A stretch of 64,000 nucleotides of DNA from an uncultured delta proteobacterium (lineage in GTDB: Bacteria; Myxococcota_A; Polyangia; Polyangiales; Polyangiaceae): NCBI GenBank assembly GCA_963775185.1, contig CAVZIE010000032.1, positions 502,705 to 566,704 of the forward strand, written 5' to 3'. Position 1 is the first letter of the stretch. Each line of letters starts with the position of its first letter. Positions 39,497-53,301 of this stretch are shown in pieces. The notes below the pieces were generated by a model. That model was not told the DNA's origin, did not search any database, and saw only the letters and a list, made by a program, of their open reading frames with translations. The translations under genes and the position numbers were made by a program.

Positions 39497-41722
39497 TCAG
39501 TTGAACACGATCTCGTCCCACCACGCGGTGGTCGAGGTGTCGTAGTTGAAGAACTGGAGGTTGCTGAGGTTCGAGCCGGTTCCGTACATCGTGCAGCCGC
39601 TCTTCTTCAGGACGCCGTCGATGTAGAAATCGTACGTCCGCGTCGTCCAGTCGATGTTGCGAAGCTCGAGGTGGTACCAGGTGTTGACGGTGTACGCCTG
39701 GGTCACGGCCGTGCCCGACGGCTGGTAGAGGTACAGCTGGGCGCCAGTGAATGTGAACCACACGAGGTAGTCGCTGGACGAGTAGTCCGAGTAGAACACC
39801 GTGGTACCCAGCGTGCCGCTGGACTGGCCGGCTCGCTCCCACCAGCTGATGGTCGTGGGCTTGAGCTGCGCGAACGCGTGCGACACGCCGTCGTAGTAGC
39901 CGGCGCTGCCGGTCTTCGCCTGCGTGAAGCTGTGGGCGGTGCCGTTCGCCGCGGTACTGGTCGTCACGCTGCGGGTGTACGTCCCGGTGCCCGCCGTCCA
40001 TCCGGCGTAGTCGCCGTCCTCGAAGTCCTCGATGAACAGCGCGCTCGCGCACGCGCCCTGCACGCAGTACTCGCTCGTCGTCGTGCAGTCTGTCTCGGCG
40101 CCAGTGTAGCCCGAGCCCGCGGCGTTGCAGGTCGCGGTCTTGTTGCCGTCGCAGGCCGGCTGGTTCGGCGTGCATACTTGCGCCTTGCACGAACTGGACG
40201 CGGCGTCGCAGTACTGGGTGCTGGTACAGGTCTGGTAGGTGGTCGAGCTCAGGCCGTCGCTCGCGCAGTGCTTCACGACGTTGGCCGCGCAGTAGTAGCT
40301 GTTCGGCGCGCAGAGCTGGGTGACGCAGGTGCCCGCCGAGCAGACCTTGCTGCTCGTGGTGCAGTTCGTCCCGCCGCTGGCGTAGCCCGAGCCGTCGGCG
40401 TTGCACGTCGTCGCGGTGTTGCCGTTGCACGCGGGCTGCGACGGCGTACACAGCTGCGCCTTGCAGGTCGCGCTCGCGCTGTCGCAATACTGCGTGCTGG
40501 TGCAGGTCTGGTAGGTGCTGGCGGTCAGTCCGTCGTTCGCGCACAGCTTGACCACGCCCGCGTCGCAGTATGTGGTGTTCGGCGTGCAGATCTGGGTCTG
40601 GCACTGACCCGCCGAGCAGACCTGTCCCGAGCTCGTGCAGTCGACGCCGCCGGACGCGTAGTCCGAGCCGTCGGCGTTGCAGGTCGTGGCGACGCTGCCG
40701 TTGCACGCCGGCTGCGCTGGCGTGCAGATGCGCGCCTGGCACGACCCGCTGGTGGCGTCGCAGTACTGGCTCGAGGTGCACGTCGAGTAGTGCGTGGACG
40801 AGTCGCCCTTCGGGCTGCACAGGCGGACCTCGTCCGTGCCCTGGCAGAAGGTCTGCCCGGCGTTGCACACGACCGCCGAGCAGGCGCCGGCCACGCACAC
40901 CTGGGAGCTTTGCGCGCAGTCCTCGATGACGGACTGGCTCAAGCCGTCGGACGAGCACTTCCGCACCTGCTCGCCGAAGCTCGAGCACGAGATCACCGAC
41001 GGCGAGCAGATCGGGCTCTCGCAGCTCGCGTTGCCGGCGCTCTCGATGCACACGTTGCCGCCGCACGCCTGTGGCGGCAACGTGCTGCTGCCGGTCACGT
41101 TGCACGCGACGACGGCGTTGTTCTGGCAAACGGACGTGCCCGGCGTGCACACGTCGTCGAAGCACTTGCCGAGCGAGCAGTACTGGCCCGTCTTGCAGTC
41201 GGTGTCGGCGATGCAGTCGACGCAATAGCCCGCCGGCTGGTCGCACAGCTGGCCGTGTGGCGTGCACTGCACGTCGGACTGGCAACCCATGCGGCAGAGC
41301 TGGGCCACGCACTTGTCGCCGGGGTTGCAGTCGGCGTCGCCGAGGCACTGTACGCAGCGACCGACGCTGCCGTCGCACACCTGATCGGCGGGACAGTCGA
41401 GGCTGTTGGTGCAGGGCGTGAACGGCACGCAGGCGTTCGCGGTGCAGTCGTTGTTGGCCGGACAGTCCGCGGACGTGATGCAGTCGACGCAACGGTGGCT
41501 CGCGTCGTCGCACACCTTGTCGCTAGCGCAGTCGAGGCTGTTCTGGCAGGTCGCTCCGGCGTCGCCGGACGTACCCCCGCCGCCGCTCGCGCCGGCCCCG
41601 CCGCCGCTGCCGCTCGCGCCGGCCCCGCCGTCGGGCCCGCCTCCCGAACCGTCACCTGAGCCACAGGCGACCACCAGCGCCGCCAGCGGCAGTGCGACCA
41701 GCAATGAACGCAAGAAGGCCAT
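39497..41722 (-). CDS. large Cys-rich repeat lipoprotein
   Basis: Lipobox MAFLRSLLVALPLAALVVAC, a Gly/Ser linker, four roughly 50-aa repeats (CTP.QPACNG..ATTCNADGS.YASGG..CT.S..VCSAG.C.TQ.C) and a C-terminal beta-rich domain. Confidence 0.6.
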   Translation of the reverse strand: MAFLRSLLVALPLAALVVACGSGDGSGGGPDGGAGASGSGGGAGASGGGGTSGDAGATCQNSLDCASDKVCDDASHRCVDCITSADCPANNDCTANACVPFTPCTNSLDCPADQVCDGSVGRCVQCLGDADCNPGDKCVAQLCRMGCQSDVQCTPHGQLCDQPAGYCVDCIADTDCKTGQYCSLGKCFDDVCTPGTSVCQNNAVVACNVTGSSTLPPQACGGNVCIESAGNASCESPICSPSVISCSSFGEQVRKCSSDGLSQSVIEDCAQSSQVCVAGACSAVVCNAGQTFCQGTDEVRLCSPKGDSSTHYSTCTSSQYCDATSGSCQARICTPAQPACNGSVATTCNADGSDYASGGVDCTSSGQVCSAGQCQTQICTPNTTYCDAGVVKLCANDGLTASTYQTCTSTQYCDSASATCKAQLCTPSQPACNGNTATTCNADGSGYASGGTNCTTSSKVCSAGTCVTQLCAPNSYYCAANVVKHCASDGLSSTTYQTCTSTQYCDAASSSCKAQVCTPNQPACDGNKTATCNAAGSGYTGAETDCTTTSEYCVQGACASALFIEDFEDGDYAGWTAGTGTYTRSVTTSTAANGTAHSFTQAKTGSAGYYDGVSHAFAQLKPTTISWWERAGQSSGTLGTTVFYSDYSSSDYLVWFTFTGAQLYLYQPSGTAVTQAYTVNTWYHLELRNIDWTTRTYDFYIDGVLKKSGCTMYGTGSNLSNLQFFNYDTSTTAWWDEIVFN

Positions 41723-41768
41723 GAGTGTTTCCCGGCGCGGAGGATAGCAAAGGACGTATGCTTCGCCC

Positions 41769-43394
41769 ATGCGCCTGATCCCGATGCTCGGTGTCGCCGC
41801 TGTGACGCTCGCCGGATGCTCCAGCGCGGAGCCGGTCGCCAGCGGCTTTCCCCACAAGGACCGCGACGCGACTGCGACCGAGCTGCTGTCCGGCCCGGAC
41901 TGGTACCGCCACGCGGAGCTGTACGAGCTCAACGTGCGCTCGTTTTCCGACTCGGACGGCGACGGCATCGGCGATCTGCCGGGCGTGATCCAGCGCCTGG
42001 ATTACCTGAAGCAGACCGGCGTCGACGGCATCTGGATGATGCCGATCTACCCGACGCCGTTCGTGGACTCGGGCTACGACGTCGCGGACTACGACGCCAT
42101 CAACCCGGACTACGGCACCCTCGACGACTTCGACAAGCTCGTCAGCGAGGCCCACTCACGCAATATCCGGGTCATCCTCGATCTCGTGCTCAACCACACC
42201 TCGGATCAGCATCCGTGGTTTGTGGAGTCGCGCTCGAGCAAGACCAACCCGAAGGCCAACTGGTACGTGTGGTCCGACACCCAGGGCACGCCCGACAACA
42301 CCTGCGGTCCGTCGCCGGGCCCCTTCGGCGATTCGGCCTGGACCTTCGACGACACGCGCCAGCAGTACTACTTCCACCGCTTCTATGCCGGACAGCCGGA
42401 TCTGAACTACCGCGAGCCCCAGGTCGTGAAGGCGACGCTGGACGCGGTTCGCTTCTGGCTCGAGCGCGGCGTCGACGGCTTCCGCTGCGACGTCATCGCC
42501 TACCTCTTCGAGAGCGCGAACGGCTGCGATCTCTTGCCCGGGACGAAAGACTACATCCGCCAGCTACGCGCCTTGCTCGACGAGTATCCCAATCGCGCGA
42601 TGGTGGCCGAGCCGACCGACATCGACAGCACCGCGGGCTACTACGGCAACGGCCACGACATGTTCCACATGACCTTCAACTTCGCCTACGCGTCGTTCTG
42701 GGGCCTGTATTTCTCCGGCACCACCGCCGACAGCGTGAAGACGATCTTCACCAAGGCCAAGACCGATTTGCCCGCCGGCGCGCAGATGGCGCTCACCATC
42801 GGCTCCCACGATATCTCCCGGGCCTACACCGCCGCCAAGGGCATCCGCTCGCGCATGGAGCGCAGCGCCGTGATCCAGCACACCATGCCGGGCACGCCGT
42901 TCGTCTACAACGGCGAGGAGCTCGGGCTCGAGCCCGGCACCCAGAGCGTGGTCGACAGCCGCGACTTCGCGCGCACGCCGATGCTCTGGTCGAGCGGCGC
43001 CGGCTACGGTTTCACGACCGGCAAGCCCTGGATCGGCTTCGGTGCCGACGCAGACCAGACCAACCTGGAGGTGGAGCAAGCCGACGACACCAGCATGTAC
43101 GCCTTCTACAAGGGCCTGATGTCGGTCCGGCGCGGAAGAGCGGCGTTCGGCTCCGGCTCGTTCGACGTCGTCGACGCCGGGGATCCGTCGCTGCTCGTCT
43201 ACACGCGCGCCGACGCCGACGAGACGTATCTCGTCGCCGTCAGCTTCGACGAGGAAGGCGAGCACCGCGCGACCCTCGCCGGCGTGAAGCCCGCGGCGAC
43301 GCCCGAGCGCCTGATCGGCGCGGCGACGCTTCGTGGCAGTCCGCCCGCGCTCGTGGTGCCGCCGGGCGGCTACGGCATCTTCCGGATCCGCTGA
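41769..43394 (+). CDS. glycoside hydrolase family 13 (alpha-amylase/alpha-glucosidase-like) lipoprotein
   Basis: GH13 catalytic motifs (DLVLNHTS; GVDGFRCDV; EP; HD); lipobox LAGCSS. Confidence 0.85.
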   Translation: MRLIPMLGVAAVTLAGCSSAEPVASGFPHKDRDATATELLSGPDWYRHAELYELNVRSFSDSDGDGIGDLPGVIQRLDYLKQTGVDGIWMMPIYPTPFVDSGYDVADYDAINPDYGTLDDFDKLVSEAHSRNIRVILDLVLNHTSDQHPWFVESRSSKTNPKANWYVWSDTQGTPDNTCGPSPGPFGDSAWTFDDTRQQYYFHRFYAGQPDLNYREPQVVKATLDAVRFWLERGVDGFRCDVIAYLFESANGCDLLPGTKDYIRQLRALLDEYPNRAMVAEPTDIDSTAGYYGNGHDMFHMTFNFAYASFWGLYFSGTTADSVKTIFTKAKTDLPAGAQMALTIGSHDISRAYTAAKGIRSRMERSAVIQHTMPGTPFVYNGEELGLEPGTQSVVDSRDFARTPMLWSSGAGYGFTTGKPWIGFGADADQTNLEVEQADDTSMYAFYKGLMSVRRGRAAFGSGSFDVVDAGDPSLLVYTRADADETYLVAVSFDEEGEHRATLAGVKPAATPERLIGAATLRGSPPALVVPPGGYGIFRIR

Positions 43395-43541
43395 CACCCG
43401 CTTGCGACCGATCGCCCAGAAGCGGTCGCGGCCCTGAGAAGTCCCCTGATTTGATTTGCACAGCAAGGGCGCAAGAGCGGAAGGTTCCAGGGACGCGGGG
43501 TATTCAGGCGTGAGCTGTCGCACGCCATTTCGCAGGGCGGT

Positions 43542-43569
43542 GACGTTGACGTTGACGTTGACGTTGACG
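43542..43569. repeat. hexanucleotide microsatellite (GACGTT)x5
   Basis: Lies in a relatively AT-richer convergent intergenic region between the GH13 and esterase genes. Confidence 0.7.
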
Positions 43570-43718
43570 AGCGAACAGGCAGATGGAGCGGCATCGCGCC
43601 CGCGCCCGAATCGGTGGCCGGCTTTCTTCGCCCGAAAATCGGGTGATTTCCATCGCGGACCGGCGTTGAAGCCACGCGCTGCCAACGTCCTGGCGGGGCG
43701 GGGCGCGGCGTCCGCGCG

Positions 43719-44972
43719 CTACGGGCCGACGTTGCTCGTGCTGCCGGACACCAGCGCGCCGACGAAGTCCGGCAGCGTCGTGCCGCTCACGGTCGTCCCG
43801 TAGAACGATGCGTTGTCGCCGATCCAGGTGTGGTGCGAGCACGGCGTGTCCGCGCACTGGGCGATGTAGTAGCTGCCGAAATTCGTGTAGGCCTTCATCT
43901 GGTCCCGGAGATCGAGCAGCCCCTGCTGGTACTGCTGGGCGCTCAACTGGCCGAAGCTGCAGTTGTTCTGGCCGAACGCCAGGAACGTCCGGATCGTCCC
44001 GTCCGCGACGCTCGAGACGAGCGCCAGCTTGCGCTGGGGATACTTCGTGGCCGCGTACGCCAGCAGGTCGGACAGGTAGTTCGACTTGTCCTGGCAGTGG
44101 CTGCCGCAGGCCTTGAGGATCGTGTCGTCCATGCCCCACAGCGTGCGGATCTGGTCCTGCAGACACGGCGGGATGTAGGTCGTGCCCATCGGCGGTCCGG
44201 AGTCGTCGAGCAAGTCGACGGGTACAGACGCGAAGTACTCCTGGGTCTGCAGGTAGTTCGCCGCCGAGCCGAAGCCGCCGGCGCTCGCGCCCGTCAGCAG
44301 CACCTGCGTCGCCGCGGGGAACGTCGGCACGATCCGGTCCAGATACTGCGTCATGTTCGAATAGCCGACGAACTGCTGCGTGCCGGCGACGCTGGGGACG
44401 CTGCCGGCCGCGTTGTCGCCGGCGTGCACGTCGCCCGTGCAATAGGGGACGTAGACGTAGTTCCAGTCCTTGAGCGGGTTCTGGGCCTGGCTGCGATCGA
44501 AGATGCCGGCGAGCGACCCCTTGCGCGAGTTGAAGTCGCTCTCGCCGAACGTCGACGGGTTGACGCCGCACGTCACGGAGTTGAAGCACGCGCCGCCGCC
44601 CTCGAGATAGATGGCGACCTTGGTCGAGGCGCTGTTCAGGTTCACGCCGATGCCGGTGGTGGATCCGTCGCGACAGTGCGCGCCCGCGAACGGCACCCAG
44701 GTCCAGGCGTTGTCGGCGGCGCTGATCGGCTGCCCCGTCGCGGGCGAGCCGGCGCTTCCGGCCGCGCCGCTCGCGCCGGCGCTTCCAGCCGCGCCGGCGC
44801 TTCCGGCCGCGCCCGCAGCGCTGCCCGCGCTGCCGCCGGTTCCCGCCGCACCGGCGCCGCCCCCGCTACCTCCCGCGGCGGGACTGCCGGTGTCGTCGCT
44901 GCCGCCGCACGCGGCCAGCAGGGTGGGGACGACGCACAGGGAGCCAAGAGCGAACCAGGAAGCGATGCGCAT
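43719..44972 (-). CDS. pectin-acetylesterase/Notum-like esterase lipoprotein
   Basis: Lipobox and Gly/Ala/Ser linker; YLEGGGAC and LTGASAGGFGS serine-esterase motifs. Confidence 0.5.
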   Translation of the reverse strand: MRIASWFALGSLCVVPTLLAACGGSDDTGSPAAGGSGGGAGAAGTGGSAGSAAGAAGSAGAAGSAGASGAAGSAGSPATGQPISAADNAWTWVPFAGAHCRDGSTTGIGVNLNSASTKVAIYLEGGGACFNSVTCGVNPSTFGESDFNSRKGSLAGIFDRSQAQNPLKDWNYVYVPYCTGDVHAGDNAAGSVPSVAGTQQFVGYSNMTQYLDRIVPTFPAATQVLLTGASAGGFGSAANYLQTQEYFASVPVDLLDDSGPPMGTTYIPPCLQDQIRTLWGMDDTILKACGSHCQDKSNYLSDLLAYAATKYPQRKLALVSSVADGTIRTFLAFGQNNCSFGQLSAQQYQQGLLDLRDQMKAYTNFGSYYIAQCADTPCSHHTWIGDNASFYGTTVSGTTLPDFVGALVSGSTSNVGP

Positions 44973-45062
44973 GGCGTTTGCGTAACGGCCCGGCGCGCCG
45001 CCTGCAAGAGCGGGCCGCGCATTTGGTGAGGCGGTGTAGGGAAGACGCCGGGCTCAGTCCTC

Positions 45063-45128
45063 GGGGGGTCTTGACCCCCCGCAGCTTGCTTCGCAACTGC
45101 TCCCCCCGCCGCCTGCGGCGGGCTCGCT
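45063..45128 (+). repeat. roughly 65-bp structured repeat element, copy B (GGGGGGTCTTGACCCCCC hairpin + conserved tail)
   Basis: Intergenic between the uvrA stop and the esterase gene start. Confidence 0.65.
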
Positions 45129-45164
45129 CCGCTCGCTTCGAGCGTGAGCAATGCTCACGCTCTT

Positions 45165-48075
<2,911 letters not shown>

Positions 48076-48080
48076 ACCGC

Positions 48081-49579
48081 TCACGGCGAAGACGGCAGCC
48101 GGAGTGCGCGGATCACGTCGGGCGCCGCGCCTTGGTCGATCCATACCGACACATCGGTGGCAGCATGTCCCACGCTCCAGGGCGCCGGCGCGGCGGCGGC
48201 GAGCAGGCTGCCGTCGCGCGGCTCGATCCACACCCGCCGCGCGCCGGAGACGAGCACCACGCGGTCGCCTTGCACCGAGAGCCGGCTCCAGGGCAGCCGA
48301 TACTGGAAGCGCACGCTGGCGTCTTCGGCGATCAACGCGATCACGTCGCGGCCGGCGTTCTCCACCAACAGCCCGGCCGCGAGCGGCCGGATCCGGCTCG
48401 TTCCCTCCGGCAGCGCGAAGCGCCCGATCGACGTGCCCGTGGTGCTGAACCACTCCACCGTGCCGACCGCACCCGGCGCGATCGCCCGCGTCGGCTCGTT
48501 TTCGATCAGCGCCAGCCCGCGCGCCCGCGCCGTCCACAGCGCGGCGCCGGAGCGGGCGTCCACGAGCGTCACGTCGGCGCACGACTGCACCAGCGCGGCG
48601 CGTTCGTGTCCCGGCGGCCCGGGGACGGAGCGGACGCGCGCGGCGTCGCCGCACGCCGCGGCGCCGGTGATCGCCCGCTCGAAGACCACGCGCCCCGTCG
48701 CGCGCTCGATGCGCACCAGGCTGCTGGTCGCGGCGGGCGTCACCGCCAGGCTCGCGAACAGCGATCCGTCCGCGTCGGCGTCGAGAAGATCCACCACCTG
48801 GCCGGTCACCGGGTGTCGCCACAGCGTGCCCGTCGCCGACAAGCCGATCAGCTGCGCCGTGCCGTCCTTCAAGAAGCTCGCCGTGGCGACGCCGCTCGAT
48901 AGCTCGTGCAGCGCCACCGTGTTGCGGCACACGCCGCCAGGGCGTCCCCTGAAGTCGCGCGTCGCCGTGAGCGAGCCAGCGACGGGCGCGCCGAGCCGCT
49001 TGCCGGTGAGCGCGTCGAGGATCGAGACCTCGCAGCGATCGCGATCGACGAGCTCGAGGCCGCCGTGCTCGCCGCGCTCGAGATCCACGGAAGCGGCGAT
49101 CGTGCGGTGCTCGAGCAGCTTGCCCGTCGCCGGATCGAGCCGGACCAGCACGCGCCGATCGCGCGCGTCCGTACCCTGCACGGCGAGGAAGCCCGCGCCG
49201 TCCTGCGTACCGGCGGCCAGCGCGCGCCAGCGCTCGCCGTTCGCGGCGCGACGCGTCCAACGCCGCTTGCCCGTGTCCGCGTCCACCAGCTCGACGCCGC
49301 GCTCGTCCGGCAGTGCCGCGATCGCCGCGCGCCCGGACGGCGCGCGCACCGCCTCGACCCGCGCGGACGCCGGCACGCTCCACAGCTCCGTCGGCGCGGC
49401 GAGCGTCGCCACGTCCACGGGCTCCGGCTCGAGCACGACGCGCGCGATCGCCGGCTCGGGTGGCTTCGCCGGCGCGGCCGGCGGCGCGGGCCGCGGCGCC
49501 GGCACTTCGATGCGCGGCGTCGCCGACGGGGCTGCGGCGGCGCATGCCGCGACGAGCAGCGCGGCGACGGGCGCGGCGC
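48081..49579 (-). CDS. PQQ-like beta-propeller repeat lipoprotein (BamB-like fold)
   Basis: Signal/lipobox ...LLVAAC followed by repeated D.TGK..W motifs; start uncertain. Confidence 0.45.
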
Positions 49580-49849
49580 GGTGGGTCAAGCCTCGGGCGC
49601 CGCTTCGCCACGCCGGGTGTGCCCGGCGATCGGGTACGGCGCCTGCGGGCGCGGTCCGGGCGCGCCCGTGGCTTGGCGCCCGTCGACGCCGACGCGCTCG
49701 ACGTCGGGATGCATACCGGAAGCATGGGCCCGGGTCGGAGCCGCGTCGAGCGGAACCCGGGCCCTCGATCCGCTCATCGATTGAAGCTGACGCCGCGCAG
49801 GCCGCGCCACGACGAGTTCTGGTAGCCTCCGGGGAGCTGGGAGCAAAGC

Positions 49850-52843
49850 ATGGGGCGAACGTGCGTTGCAGGTCTCGCTGCGGCTGCACTGGCAGTCGTG
49901 TGCGGCTGTGGGGGCGAGCGCTCGATCGCGCCGGCGGACGGAGGCGTTCCGCCGTTGTCCGAGCGCGTCGCTCGGGTGAGCGAGCTGCGGGCGCGCTTCG
50001 GCGTGCTCCGCGCGACGCTCGCTGCCGGGGCGACCGCGCGCGTCACCGTGGCGGCGGATCGGCCCGCGGATTTCGCCGTCGCGGACATCCGGAGCGGCAT
50101 GCGCGCGCGCATCGTGCTGCTCGGCACGACGCCGGTCGCCGGCGAGCCGGTCGGCGACGTCCTGATCCATCGCGCCGCGCTCGCCGGGAGCGATGTGCTG
50201 TCGCGCGCGGGCGCCGACGGCGCGGAGGATCTCGTGGCGTTCGAGCGCGCCCCGGCGCTCGAACGCGTGCGCTACCGCCTGGAGCTCGAGCACGGCGTGG
50301 CCGGGCTGCGGCTGGTGGCCGGCTCGCTCGAGCTGCTCGACGCCGAGGGCACGCCGCGGCTGCGGATGCGCCGTCCGGTGTTGCTCGACGAGCACGGCGT
50401 CGCGACGCCCGCGGACGTGGCCGTGGATGGCTGCGCCGTGTCCCGCGATCCGCGCGCGCCGTGGCATCGACCCGTGACAGCTCCCGGCGGCGCGACCTGC
50501 ACGCTGCGCGTCGATTGGTCGGGGCGTGGCGTGCGCTACCCGGCGCTGCTCGATCCGGCCTGGGGCACGACCGGCAGCATGGCGGTCGTGCGCTACAACC
50601 ACACGGCGACGCTGCTCGGAAACGGCAAGGTGCTGGTCGCGGGCGGGTCCGCGCTGACCGCGCTGTCGAGCGCCGAGCTGTACGATCCGCCGACCGGCAG
50701 CTTCGCGGCGACCGGCTCCATGTCCGGCGCTCGCAACAACCACACGGCGACGCTGCTCGTGGATGGTCGCGTGCTCGCCGTGGGCGGCGGGCTGGTCTCC
50801 GAGCGCATGAGCGCCGAGACGTACGACGCCACGACCGGCAGCTGGACGCTCACGGGTCCGCTCTCCGGCCGACATGCGGGCCACACGGCGCTGCGGCTCG
50901 CCGACGGCCGGGTGCTGGTCGCGGGCGACAACACCGAGTCCAAGGTCGAGATCTTCGACCCGGCGGGCGGCGCCAACGGGACCTGGAGCACGGTCGCGCC
51001 CGCAGCCACCGCGCGCAACCACCCGGCCAGCGCGCTGCTGTACGACGGGCGCGCGTGGCTGGTCGGCGGAGAAGACGGCTCGCAGCGCTTCTCGAGCACG
51101 GAGATCTACGACCCGACCGCGGACTCGTGGGCGGCGGGGCCGAGCTTGAACTTCAAGCACACGCGGGCTGCGACGCAGACGCTCGCCGACGGCCGCATCG
51201 TCGTGTTCGGCAGCGACACGACGGCGGACGGCCCGCTGGGGCTGGCGGAGCTCGCCACCATCTCGTCGGTCCAGGTCAGCATCGTACCGACGCTGGCGAT
51301 CGACGTGGGCTACTGGTACCCGAACCTCGCGTTGCTAGACGACGGCACGCTGCTGGTCGCGGACACCGCGATCCTCGACCCGACCCAGGGCACCTGGAAG
51401 ACGTTCACCAAGGCGTCGAGCGGCGTCACCGGCTCGCGCTGGTTTACCACCACGAAGCTGCCGGACGGGACGGTGCTGAAAGTCGGCGGTTTCGACGGGA
51501 ACAACGCTGTCGCCGGCGCGGAGCTGTACGGCCCGCTCGCCAACGGCCAGCCGTGCTTGAACGCGGGCGACTGCGCGAGCGGCTTCTGCGTCGACGACGT
51601 GTGCTGCGACACGCTCTGCGACGGCGCGTGCATGGCGTGCAGCGCCAGCACGGGCTCGTCCACCGGTCCCCCCGGCACGTGCTCGCCGCTGCAGGCCGCC
51701 GAGTTCGACTCGCTGTGCGCGAACGCGGGCAACGGCTTCTGCGGCTTCGACGGCCAGTGCACAGCGCAGGGCACGTGCCGCTACAAGGACGCAGGCAGCG
51801 CGTGCGGGCAACAGGCGTGCAAGGACGCGACCACGGCGTACGCACCGGACGCGTGCGACGGCGCCGGCGCCTGCGCAGCCGCCACGGCGACCGTCGCCTG
51901 CAGCCCCGGCAGCTGCCAGAACGGGCTGTGTCTGCAGCAGTGCAACGGTGACGGCGACTGCGACGCGAGCGCGTACTGCGACAGCCCGACCAACTTCCAT
52001 TGCACGCCGGACCAGCCGGCCGGCAACCCGTGCACGCGCGACGAGATGTGCGTCTCGGGTCACTGTGCCGACGGCGTGTGTTGCGACACGACCTGCACCG
52101 GCTCGTGCCAGGCGTGCGATCTGCCCGGCACCACCGGCACGTGCTCGCCGGTGCCGGATGGCATGGATCCGCACGGCGAGTGCTCGGACAGCGGCGCAGG
52201 CTGCGACGACGACGGCTATTGCGACGGGCAGAGCGCGTGCCGCAAGTACGCGAAGAAGAGCGACGGCAGCTGCGACATCGGGGGCTGCAGCGCAGACGCG
52301 GATTGCCAGAGCGGGCACTGCATCGACGGCATCTGCTGCGATGGCGCCTGCGACGGCCAGTGCGAGTCGTGCCACAATCAGCTGACCGGCGCTGTCGAGG
52401 GACGCTGCGCGGCCGTGAAGTACGGCACCGACCCGGGCGGAGACTGCAAGAACGCCAGCGGCGCGGACCAGTGCAAGGGTCCGCTGGTGTGCTCGGCCGA
52501 TCGAACCTGCATCTGTAGCGACTCGCTTCCGGGCTGCGTCGGCAACACGCTCGTGGACGGCGCGACCGGGCAGGAGACGAAGTGCGATCCGTACATCTGC
52601 GACTCGGCGGCGCATCAGTGTCGCGTGCAGTGCTCGAGCAGCGACGATTGCGTCGCCGGATCCATCTGCGACGTGCAGCAGGGCGACGGCGTGTGCACGG
52701 TCGTCGGCGCGCAAGGCGCTGCCGACGACGGCGGCTGCGGGTGCCGCGTCACCGGGCGCTCGAAGCCCGCCGGCGGCGCGCTCGCGTGGCTCTCGATCGC
52801 GGCGTTCGCGCTCGCGCGCCGCAAGCGGCGGAGGCAAGCATGA
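49850..52843 (+). CDS. Kelch-repeat, Cys-rich repeat lipoprotein with MYXO-CTERM tail
   Basis: Lipobox VVCGC, Kelch-type repeats (HTATLL.DGRVLV.GG), myxobacterial Cys-rich repeats, and C-terminal GGCGCRVTGRS...LAWLSIAAFALARRKRRR. Confidence 0.65.
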   Translation: MGRTCVAGLAAAALAVVCGCGGERSIAPADGGVPPLSERVARVSELRARFGVLRATLAAGATARVTVAADRPADFAVADIRSGMRARIVLLGTTPVAGEPVGDVLIHRAALAGSDVLSRAGADGAEDLVAFERAPALERVRYRLELEHGVAGLRLVAGSLELLDAEGTPRLRMRRPVLLDEHGVATPADVAVDGCAVSRDPRAPWHRPVTAPGGATCTLRVDWSGRGVRYPALLDPAWGTTGSMAVVRYNHTATLLGNGKVLVAGGSALTALSSAELYDPPTGSFAATGSMSGARNNHTATLLVDGRVLAVGGGLVSERMSAETYDATTGSWTLTGPLSGRHAGHTALRLADGRVLVAGDNTESKVEIFDPAGGANGTWSTVAPAATARNHPASALLYDGRAWLVGGEDGSQRFSSTEIYDPTADSWAAGPSLNFKHTRAATQTLADGRIVVFGSDTTADGPLGLAELATISSVQVSIVPTLAIDVGYWYPNLALLDDGTLLVADTAILDPTQGTWKTFTKASSGVTGSRWFTTTKLPDGTVLKVGGFDGNNAVAGAELYGPLANGQPCLNAGDCASGFCVDDVCCDTLCDGACMACSASTGSSTGPPGTCSPLQAAEFDSLCANAGNGFCGFDGQCTAQGTCRYKDAGSACGQQACKDATTAYAPDACDGAGACAAATATVACSPGSCQNGLCLQQCNGDGDCDASAYCDSPTNFHCTPDQPAGNPCTRDEMCVSGHCADGVCCDTTCTGSCQACDLPGTTGTCSPVPDGMDPHGECSDSGAGCDDDGYCDGQSACRKYAKKSDGSCDIGGCSADADCQSGHCIDGICCDGACDGQCESCHNQLTGAVEGRCAAVKYGTDPGGDCKNASGADQCKGPLVCSADRTCICSDSLPGCVGNTLVDGATGQETKCDPYICDSAAHQCRVQCSSSDDCVAGSICDVQQGDGVCTVVGAQGAADDGGCGCRVTGRSKPAGGALAWLSIAAFALARRKRRRQA

Positions 52844-53238
52844 TATCGAGATGGACGCGGCTGTGGATCGCCGCACTCCCGCTGCTCGCCGCGGGCGCGT
52901 GCAGCTCCGGGGATTCGTCCGGCGGCGGCGGGGCCGGCAGCGGCGGCGCGGGCGGCAGCGACGGCGGGCACCGATCGCTCGACTGCCCGCTGTTTTGCCA
53001 GGCGTTGATCCAGCCACAGTGCCCGATGGGCCCGAGCTTCGACGAGTGCGGCAAGCTGTGCACGCTGCTCCTGACGCTGACCGACTGCCCGTCGGTGCAG
53101 CCGATGATCGACTGCGGCGGCGCAGCGCCGCGGTTCCACTGCGATCCGGCGAAAGGCGAACCGCTTCTGACGGGCTGCGAGACCGAGCAGCAGGCCGTGA
53201 GCGCGTGCGTCGACGCGGCCGACGCGGGAAAGGACTGA
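52840..53238 (+). CDS. small Cys-containing lipoprotein
   Basis: GGAGG RBS; start overlaps the upstream stop (ATGA); signal/lipobox MISRWTRLWIAALPLLAAGAC. Confidence 0.4.
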   Translation: MISRWTRLWIAALPLLAAGACSSGDSSGGGGAGSGGAGGSDGGHRSLDCPLFCQALIQPQCPMGPSFDECGKLCTLLLTLTDCPSVQPMIDCGGAAPRFHCDPAKGEPLLTGCETEQQAVSACVDAADAGKD

Positions 53239-53255
53239 TCCGCTCGCCCGACTGG

Positions 53256-53276
53256 ATGCCGGTCCGGCGCGGAACC
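53256..53276 (-). repeat. 21-bp GC-rich element copy (atgccggtccggcgcggaacc)
   Basis: 5' UTR of the RTX lipoprotein gene. Confidence 0.7.
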
Positions 53277-53301
53277 GGGCGGTCCGTGATACGGATCGCG
53301 A

